DNA of 64,000 nt from the NCBI GenBank assembly GCA_944322965.1, contig CALUQR010000008.1, forward strand, positions 4,418-68,417, written 5' to 3'. The translations under genes were made by a program, and so were the position numbers. The notes under the pieces were generated by a model. It was not told the origin of the DNA. It did no database searches and saw only the letters and a list, made by a program, of their open reading frames with translations. Within the stretch, counting starts at the first letter, position 1, and each line of letters starts with the position of its first letter. Positions 57,233 to 64,000 of this stretch are shown here, one piece after another. This stretch comes from Vulcanimicrobiota bacterium. Lineage in GTDB: Bacteria; Vulcanimicrobiota; Xenobia; Xenobiales; Xenobiaceae.

Positions 57233-58454
57233 TTAGGAGTAGGCTAGCCGCCGGGACGGCGGCTAGCAATGCGGAATGCGGAATGTTCCGGCGGAAAAAC
57301 CGCCGGAACAATTCGGAATGCGTAATGCGTAGTTCGGAATTAAGTGGCTCTTGTTAATGACTTGGCAGATCCGGAAGAAACTTGGCCCATGAGAGAATCG
57401 CTGCGGTTTCACCGCGCCAAAGCTAATCCGGAATGCTTAGTGCGTAATTCGGAATTAAGTTTCTGCTTGTTAATGGCTTGGCGGATCCGGAAGTAGCTTA
57501 AACTATGGAAGAATCGCACTGGGTGCTTGAGCGCCTAATTCTTAGGTTTGTGCTCCGTTACTTGAGTGAGGCTAAATCTAATTCGGAGTGCGTAATGCGC
57601 AATGCGGAGTTAAGTGACTATTGTTAGTAGCTTGGCAGATCCGAGAATAACTTGGCCTATGAGAGAATCGCTGCGGTTTCACTGCGCCGAATCTAATTCG
57701 GAATGCGGAATTCGGAATTAGGGAAGTAAGATGCCGCCTGAAGGCGGCGGTTTAAGTTGCAGCTTGTTGGTAACTTGGCAGATCCGAAAGTAGCTGAGTA
57801 CACGGGAGAATCGCTGGCAGTTTCACTGCCTTTAGTCTAATTCGGAATGCGCTAGCCGCCGGGACGGCCGGCGGCAATTCGGAATGCTTAGTTCGTAATT
57901 CGGAACTAAGTCTCTACTTGTTAATGACTTGGCGGATCCGGAAATAGCTGAGCATACGGGAAAATCGTTGGCAGTTTCACTGCCTTTTGAGGGCTCTGGT
58001 TTGGCGCTTTGATGCTGGCGCTCAGATCTTAGATTTGTGTTCTGTTCCCTCATGAAGGCCTTTAGGACGCTTGTCCAATTGGACCGCGCGGGCTGCGGCT
58101 AACGCACTCCTAATTCCGCATTGTTTCCCCGCCAAGCCACTCACGGAATCAGCCGGTCATTTCCCCAGCCGTCTCGCCCCTAACTCCTGCCGAATCCCCA
58201 GTTAGAGCCATAACCTCTCCCCTGGCCGCGCCACCCCCAATTACGCATCACGCATTCCTAATTCCGAATTGATCTTCCCCCCAGCCAAGCCCCCTCGGAA
58301 CCAGTCAGCAACTAACTCCTTGCCATCTCGCCCCTACCCCACCACAAAAACTAAAGTTAGAGCCACAACCTCTCCCCCTGCCGCGCCTCCCCAATTACGC
58401 ATTACGCATTCCTAATTCCGAATTGCCCTCCCGCCGCGCCACCCCAATTCCGAA
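57233..58454. repeat. Composite repeat array E: 5 short-form units (+), centre segment, palindrome, 2 long-form units (-) and heptamer tracts running into the whiA 3' end
   Basis: GATCCG(G/A)A cores at about 57370, 57484, 57630, 57781 and 57935. GTCCAATTGGAC at 58072-58083. Long cores at about 58100-58260 and 58270-58410. Confidence 0.9.
57802..58087 (+). repeat. ~280-bp segment X, copy 2
   Basis: Near-identical to 54104-54383. Confidence 0.9.
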
Positions 58455-59411
58455 TTACGAATTCCGAATTACGCATTGTTGTAATCGGCGGTTGAGGGTG
58501 GTGCGGGAGAGGGGTGGATCGCAAAGTTGGCAGAGTTCGCTGAGGGTGGCTTCGGGGTTTTCTAATCTCAGGCGGGCTACGTTTTGGAGTTGGGGCGACA
58601 GTTGGTCGAGGGCGCCGCTCTCTTGTAATTCTCGGAGCTTGGCGATCTGGCGGGCGGCGGCTAGGCTGGAGCGGGCGATATTGGCGCTTTCGGCGTTGAC
58701 GCGGCGGCGCACTTCGTTGCGAGTCTCCTTGAGGGCCCGCACCTCTTCGAATTGGAGTCGCGCCAGTTGGGCTCCGATGACGCTCAGAGCTTGGGCCACC
58801 TCTTCGGCCCGTTTGAGGCTAACTACCCAACGCCTACGCCGTTGGGCCATTTGGGGGTTAAACCCCTCTAACTCTAGGGCGATCTTGACCTTCTCAGCTA
58901 AATAAAGCCGGGGCAGGGCCCACTCTAATAGGTACCCTTTCTGAGGGTCGCTCAAAGCCCCAAAGCGCAAAAAGAGGGCCCCCAACCAATGGCGCCGGCA
59001 ACAGAGTTTGAGGGTCAGATTCTTGTGGGGTCCCAAGCTAAAGTGGAGCTCTTCCCGTTCCTCAGCCTGATCTCCAGAGGTGCGGGTAGCTTGATGGCTC
59101 AGACAGTAGTGCAAGGTCCGGCGCACTTTGCTCAATTTGGGTAGGTCGATAAGTTTTAAGATATAGCGGCTAGCCACCCGTCCGGAGCGGGTCCAGAGGA
59201 ACTCTATCTCTAGGCTGCGCAAGACCTTAATAGCCCATTGGGCCAATTCTAGGGAGCTAAAGACTAAGACCGGCCCCGGATAAGAGCGCAGGGTGCGAGC
59301 CCCTTCCAAAAGGGCGGCTAAGATATAGCGCCGACAGCAGGAAGGGGGCCGATGGCGGGCGATCTGGGCCCGCACTTGACTGGCAAAAGAGGGCTGGCGC
59401 TCGGAGCTAAT
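58455..59411 (-). CDS. whiA: DNA-binding protein WhiA (probable non-AUG start)
   Basis: C-terminal HTH LSELCQLCDPPLSRTTLNRRL. The N-terminal SFASQVRAQIA...CC..Y matches the WhiA N-terminus (B. subtilis MSFASETKKEL...) but lies upstream of the first GTG (59375). The frame opens at 59423, and the only candidate start is the ATT at 59411. Confidence 0.8.
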   Translation of the reverse strand: MSSERQPSFASQVRAQIARHRPPSCCRRYILAALLEGARTLRSYPGPVLVFSSLELAQWAIKVLRSLEIEFLWTRSGRVASRYILKLIDLPKLSKVRRTLHYCLSHQATRTSGDQAEEREELHFSLGPHKNLTLKLCCRRHWLGALFLRFGALSDPQKGYLLEWALPRLYLAEKVKIALELEGFNPQMAQRRRRWVVSLKRAEEVAQALSVIGAQLARLQFEEVRALKETRNEVRRRVNAESANIARSSLAAARQIAKLRELQESGALDQLSPQLQNVARLRLENPEATLSELCQLCDPPLSRTTLNRRLQQCVIRNS

Positions 59412-62199
59412 CTTCCTCCTCCTTTAGGTCCTCTTCCGTGGAGTCGGTAGGCAAGTTCTCGTAGAAATCGGTATAATCTTCGCTTTCTACCTCGCGCTCC
59501 TGGTCCTCGTCCGCCTCTGACAGTTGGGCCGCCCCTTGCGCTTGGAGGGCGGTCACGCTCTCCGCCTGGGGCTCTGTCTCGGGCAGCTCTTCTAACTGCA
59601 GATCCTTAGTCACTACGGGGGCTACGCCAATTACCCGGTCCTCTTCGGCCACATTGATAAACTTGACCCCCGAGTTACCGCGGTGGCGCAAGCTCACCCC
59701 CTGGACGGAGGTGCGCAAGGTCACCCCTTGCAGGGTGGAGACCATCAATTGGCCGTGGGGATCGACTACTAAGGCCGCAGCCACCGGCCCCGTCTTGGGG
59801 GTAACTCTCATCCCCCACACTCCGCGCGCGCGCCGCCCTTTATAGTTGAACTCGCTCAAACGGAGCCGCGTCCCCATCCCGCGCTCACTGACTAAGAGCA
59901 ACTGCCCGCCGTGGGTATCGGAACCTAAACCCACGATAGAGTCGCCCGGCCAGAGGGTAATACTCAAAACCCCGCGCGCGCTGCGCCCTTGGAGGCGCAC
60001 TGAGGACTCGGCAAAACGCAGGACCCGCCCTTGGGCGGTCACGATAAAGAGCGAAGGCTTGGCGCTCGGTTGGGCGGCTTCAGCTTCGGCTGCGGCCTCC
60101 TCTTCGGCGCTAGCCCCCTCCTCTAAGGCCCCAGACTCCTCGACGTTAGTAAGCTCTTCGCCCTCCTCTAAGGCCGACTCTTCGCCCTCAGACTCTTCGG
60201 CCGTAGGCGCCTCGCTCTCTTCAGCCTCCCCTTCCCAACTAGAGTAGAGGGCGCTAAGCAGGGCGTCCCCTTCCGTTAAGATGAGGGCCCGCTTCCCGCG
60301 CGAGGGAATATGGAGGAATTCCGCTAAGGGGGTGCGCTTAATATACCCTTGTTGGGTGAGGGTAATGATGGAGCCGCTAGTTACGGCCGAGTCCAGAGGT
60401 ATAACTACTACCACCTTCTCGCCGGGCGCCAAGTTGAGCAGGTTGACTAGAGCCATCCCCATCGAGCCCCGCTTATTGCTGGGCAGTTCGTAGACCTTCA
60501 ACTTGTAGATGCGCGCCTGGTCGGTCAGGAAATAGAGCGTATCGTGGGCCCGGCAGGTGAAGAGCTGGACTAAGGAGTCGTCCTGCTTCAATTTCAGACT
60601 GCTGCGCCCCCGCCCTCCGCGCCCTTGGGCCCGGTACTCGGAGAGTCCTACCCGCTTAATGTAGCCGGTGCGGGACATAGTAACTACCATCTGTTCGTTA
60701 CTAATGAGATCTTCGATGGCGATCTCTTCCCCTTCGGCGGAGAAGATACGCGTCCGCCGAGGGTCGGAGTAGCGCATCTGCAGTTGGACTAACTCGTCGC
60801 GAATAGCCCCATCCAATTTGCGGCTATCCCCTAAGAGCTCTTGGCAGTAGGCGATAGTGCGCAATAAGTTCTGGTGCTCGGCGCTAAAACGCTCAAATTC
60901 TAGGCCGGTCAAGCGCTGCAGGCGCATATCTAAGATAGCTTGGGCCTGGATCTCGCTGAAGGCGTAAGTCTCCATCAGCTGGTTGCGGGCGCTATCGACG
61001 GTCGCTGAGTTTTCGATAATCTCAATAATCTCGTCGATATGTTCCAAAGCTTTTAAGAGGGCCTGGACGATATGGTCGCGGGCCAGAGCCTTATCCAGTT
61101 CGTACTGGGTACGGCGGCGCACCACTTGGCGGCGGTGGTCCAGGTAGAGGGAGAGGGCCTCTTTTAAGCTTAAAAGGCGGGGCACGTCTTGGACTAAGGC
61201 CAGCATGATGACGCTATAATTAGTCTGCAGGCGCGTATGGGCTAAGAGCCTATTGAGGACGACTTTGGCGTTGGCATTTTGGGCCAGCTCGATGACGATG
61301 CGCATCCCCTTGCGGGAGGACTCGTCGCGCAGATCGCTGATGCCAGTGAGGGTCCCCTCATTGACTTTGGCGGCGATCTCCTCTACCAACTTGGCCTTAT
61401 TGACCTGGTAGGGTATCTCGGTGACGATAATAGCCTGTTTGCCGGGGCGCACCTCTTCGATATTAGTTACCGAGCGCACCTTAATAGAGCCTCGCCCGCT
61501 GCGGTAGGCCTCGCGGATCCCATTCTGACCGCAGATAATAGCTCCGGTGGGGAAATCGGGGCCGGGGATATAGCCCATCAATTCTTCGACGCTAATTTCC
61601 GGCTTCTCTAAGAGGGCCAGGACCCCATTTAAGACCTCGCGCAAGTTGTGGGGGGGTATCTTAGTGGCCATCCCCACGGCGATCCCTTCGGAGCCGTTAA
61701 TAATGAGGTTGGGCAATAAGGCGGGGAGCACCACCGGCTCTTGGGTAGAATTATCGAAATTGGGACGCCAATCGACCGTATTCTTGCCCAGATCGCGGAT
61801 CATCTCCATAGAGATACGGGCCAATTTGGCCTCCGTATAGCGCATGTGGGCGGGCGAGTCGCCATCGACGGAGCCGAAGTTACCCTGAGGCCAGACTAGG
61901 GGGTAGCGCGTATTGAAGGGCTGAGCTAAGCGCACCATAGCGTCGTAGACGGCGCTATCGCCATGGGGATGGTAGCGGGCGATGACATTACCCACCGTGG
62001 AGGCCGACTTGCGGAACTTGCGGTCGGGGGTAATATGCTCCTCGAACATGGTGTAGAGGATGCGCCGGTGCACGGGCTTAAAACCGTCGCGCACGTCGGG
62101 CAGGGCTCTAGCGACGATGACGCTCATGGCGTAATCGACGTAGGCCTCCTTCATCCCATCCTCAATAGAGAGGGGCAGTATCTGCTGACGCTCACTCAT
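59407..62199 (-). CDS. gyrA: DNA gyrase subunit A (full length, with an acidic insertion in the CTD and an acidic tail)
   Basis: [18 protein letters not shown], catalytic Tyr in HMRYTEAKL, and a GyrA-box-like QGRGGRG at the start of the beta-pinwheel CTD. Confidence 0.95.
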   Translation of the reverse strand: MSERQQILPLSIEDGMKEAYVDYAMSVIVARALPDVRDGFKPVHRRILYTMFEEHITPDRKFRKSASTVGNVIARYHPHGDSAVYDAMVRLAQPFNTRYPLVWPQGNFGSVDGDSPAHMRYTEAKLARISMEMIRDLGKNTVDWRPNFDNSTQEPVVLPALLPNLIINGSEGIAVGMATKIPPHNLREVLNGVLALLEKPEISVEELMGYIPGPDFPTGAIICGQNGIREAYRSGRGSIKVRSVTNIEEVRPGKQAIIVTEIPYQVNKAKLVEEIAAKVNEGTLTGISDLRDESSRKGMRIVIELAQNANAKVVLNRLLAHTRLQTNYSVIMLALVQDVPRLLSLKEALSLYLDHRRQVVRRRTQYELDKALARDHIVQALLKALEHIDEIIEIIENSATVDSARNQLMETYAFSEIQAQAILDMRLQRLTGLEFERFSAEHQNLLRTIAYCQELLGDSRKLDGAIRDELVQLQMRYSDPRRTRIFSAEGEEIAIEDLISNEQMVVTMSRTGYIKRVGLSEYRAQGRGGRGRSSLKLKQDDSLVQLFTCRAHDTLYFLTDQARIYKLKVYELPSNKRGSMGMALVNLLNLAPGEKVVVVIPLDSAVTSGSIITLTQQGYIKRTPLAEFLHIPSRGKRALILTEGDALLSALYSSWEGEAEESEAPTAEESEGEESALEEGEELTNVEESGALEEGASAEEEAAAEAEAAQPSAKPSLFIVTAQGRVLRFAESSVRLQGRSARGVLSITLWPGDSIVGLGSDTHGGQLLLVSERGMGTRLRLSEFNYKGRRARGVWGMRVTPKTGPVAAALVVDPHGQLMVSTLQGVTLRTSVQGVSLRHRGNSGVKFINVAEEDRVIGVAPVVTKDLQLEELPETEPQAESVTALQAQGAAQLSEADEDQEREVESEDYTDFYENLPTDSTEEDLKEEED

Positions 62200-62202
62200 A
62201 AT

Positions 62203-63717
62203 TTACTCCTCCCCCTCCTCTAGCGGCTCTTCTTCCCCCTCTTGGGGCAGGTTAGCCGTCAAGATGCGGGTCCGGCGCGGATCGCCGTAGCGGGCTTTGA
62301 TCTCTAAAAGCTCAGTCTCTAAAAGCTCGTTCATCTTGAGGCGATTATTTAAGAGCTCCTCTAAGCGGGCGATAGTAGCCTCCAATTGGCGGGCCTCCTC
62401 TTCCAGCTTATTGCGCTCTAAGTGGGTGAGGCGCTGCAGGCGCATATCTAAGATGGCCTGGACTTGGGCTTCACTAAATTGGTAGCGCTCTTGCAACCCG
62501 CGCCTAGCCTCTTCCGTCGTCTTGGAGGCCTTGATGAGGGCGATAATCTCGTGGATATGGAGCAGCGCTTTGAGCAGTCCCTGAACGATATGGAGGCGCG
62601 CTTTAGCTTTGGCCAGTTCGTACTGGGTGCGGCGGGTAACCACCTCCAGGCGGTGATTTAAGAAGCAGTCCAGCGCTTGGCGCAAGTTGAGGATGCGGGG
62701 AGCGTTATCTACTAGGGCCAACATGATGATCCCGTAGGTAGTCTCTAAGTTGGTAGCGCTCAGAAGTTCCCGCTCTACCTGCTGGGGATCGGCCTTCTTT
62801 TTGAGCTCGAAGACGATGCGGATCCCCTTGCGGGAGGACTCGTCGCGCAGGTCGGCCACCCCGTTGATCTTCTTCTCCCTAATAGCTTGGGCCGCCCGCT
62901 CTACCAGACTGGCCTTATTGACCATGTAGGGGATCTCTTCCACAATGAGCGCTTGGCGCCCGCCCTCTTGCTCCTCTAAGCGCAGGCAGGAGCGCACCGT
63001 AATCTTGCCCCGCCCGGTGCGGTAGGCCTTCTCGATACCCGCCCGCCCTACGATCTGAGCGCCGGTGGGGAAGTCGGGCCCCTGGACGTACTCCATCAGC
63101 CCCTCGATAGAGATCTGGGGGTCCTCTAAGATAGCTACGCAGGCCTCAATAATTTCGCTCAAATTGTGGGGCGGGATGCGGGCGGACATGCCCACGGCGA
63201 TCCCCTCCGAGCCATTAATGAGCAAGTTGGGGATGACTAAGGGCAAGACGACCGGCTCTTGGGTAGAGTTATCGAAGTTAGGGCGCCAATCGACCGTATC
63301 CTTATCTAAATCGCGCACCGTCTCCATGGCTATGGGGGCCAACTTAGCCTCCGTATAGCGCATGTGGGCGGCCGGGTCCCCGTCTAAGGAGCCGAAATTA
63401 CCTTGGGGCCAGACTAGGGGATAGCGCATATTGAAGGGCTGGGCTAAACGCACCATGGCGTCGTAGACGGCGCTATCGCCGTGAGGATGGTAACGGGCGA
63501 TGACATTACCTACCGTAGCCGCCGATTTGCGGAACTTGCGCTCCGGGGTAATGCGCTCTTCGAACATAGTGTAGAGGATGCGCCGATGTACGGGCTTAAA
63601 GCCGTCCCGAGCGTCGGGCAGGGCCCTGGAGACGATGACGCTCATGGCGTAATCGACGTAGGCCACCTTCATCTCATCTTCGATGGGGGCCGCGGTCACA
63701 ATCTTACTCTCTGACAT
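62203..63717 (-). CDS. gyrA: GyrA paralogue made up of the N-terminal breakage-reunion domain only (no CTD)
   Basis: 504 aa, colinear with residues 1-~495 of the downstream gyrA, including HMRYTEAKL. It ends at DPRRTRI plus a short acidic tail. Stop TAA, then ATT, then the ATG of the next gene; GGAGGAG lies within its own last codons. Confidence 0.85.
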   Translation of the reverse strand: MSESKIVTAAPIEDEMKVAYVDYAMSVIVSRALPDARDGFKPVHRRILYTMFEERITPERKFRKSAATVGNVIARYHPHGDSAVYDAMVRLAQPFNMRYPLVWPQGNFGSLDGDPAAHMRYTEAKLAPIAMETVRDLDKDTVDWRPNFDNSTQEPVVLPLVIPNLLINGSEGIAVGMSARIPPHNLSEIIEACVAILEDPQISIEGLMEYVQGPDFPTGAQIVGRAGIEKAYRTGRGKITVRSCLRLEEQEGGRQALIVEEIPYMVNKASLVERAAQAIREKKINGVADLRDESSRKGIRIVFELKKKADPQQVERELLSATNLETTYGIIMLALVDNAPRILNLRQALDCFLNHRLEVVTRRTQYELAKAKARLHIVQGLLKALLHIHEIIALIKASKTTEEARRGLQERYQFSEAQVQAILDMRLQRLTHLERNKLEEEARQLEATIARLEELLNNRLKMNELLETELLEIKARYGDPRRTRILTANLPQEGEEEPLEEGEE

Positions 63718-63759
63718 GGAATCTCCTAACTTGAGGGGCGCGAAAGTACTCTAAAAAGC

Positions 63760-64000
63760 CTAAATATCTAAGTTCTTCACTTCGCGGGCGTACTTAATAA
63801 TGAACTCCCGCCGCGGCTTAACCTCGTCGCCCATCAAGACCGAAAAGACCCGGTCCGCCTCCACGGCGTCTTCCAATTTGACTTGGCGCATCACCCGATG
63901 TTCGGGATCCATAGTCGTATCCCAAAGCTGCTCGGCGTTCATCTCGCCCAAGCCTTTATAGCGCTGGATCTCCACCTTATCCCCCATCTCCTGGCGCAGG
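63760..64000 (-). CDS. gyrB: DNA gyrase subunit B, C-terminal end (partial; continues off the window)
   Basis: [22 protein letters not shown]...REFI...A..V.NLDI is the conserved GyrB C-terminus. Confidence 0.93.
   Translation of the reverse strand, partial: LRQEMGDKVEIQRYKGLGEMNAEQLWDTTMDPEHRVMRQVKLEDAVEADRVFSVLMGDEVKPRREFIIKYAREVKNLDI

Noticed and set aside
57233-58071. Reading the repeat arrays as CRISPR
   Set aside because: There is no constant-length direct repeat alternating with unique spacers. Units are 110-155 bp, degenerate, and occur in both orientations. No cas genes are present in the window.
58423-58905. 160-aa + strand ORF
   Set aside because: It lies antisense to the well-supported whiA gene and begins inside a heptamer tract.
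62203-63717. Calling the 504-aa protein ParC, or the tandem gyrA pair a split, intein-containing or frameshifted single gene
   Set aside because: It is much closer to the adjacent GyrA than ParC normally is. Both ORFs have complete N-terminal domains with their own starts, so this is a duplication and not a split. There are no intein motifs, and the acidic stretch in the long copy is low-complexity rather than an intein.

Overview
This is a 64-kb bacterial chromosomal window, about 55-60% GC by eye. The envelope genes point to a diderm: an OMP beta-barrel ending in Phe, an SLT transglycosylase, an L,D-transpeptidase and several lipoproteins. It also carries desulfoferrodoxin and WhiA. I cannot assign a lineage; a relative of the cyanobacteria is only a guess. 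Most of the window is housekeeping: a Kef-type antiporter, an FAD oxidoreductase, a 3-subunit xanthine-dehydrogenase-family molybdoenzyme, dnaX, one tRNA-Ala(GGC), thrS, ispE, an EF-G paralogue, a subtilase, gap-pgk-tpiA-secG, a sugar ABC importer, recR, ybaB, truD, whiA and gyrB/gyrA. Four things stand out. (1) Five intergenic blocks (1-827, 29648-30145, 53965-54656, 55650-56239, 57233-58454) are built from one structured composite repeat family. Its parts are 7-nt tracts, GC hairpins, short and long core units, and a 12-bp palindrome GTCCAATTGGAC at the point where unit orientation flips. Three of these blocks enclose a tandem pair of lower-GC Rpn-family (YhgA-like PD-(D/E)XK) nuclease genes, each with a conserved internal SD+ATG. 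(2) gyrB is followed by a GyrA paralogue that lacks the C-terminal domain, and that paralogue is translationally coupled to a full-length gyrA. (3) A 1258-aa ORFan sits tight against thrS and ends inside roughly 80-bp tandem repeats. (4) Two signalling proteins with degenerate catalytic motifs (a pseudokinase and a pseudo-receiver) are arranged divergently. I recognised no rRNA, CRISPR array, classical IS element or prophage. All homology calls rest on motif recognition by eye, not on database searches.
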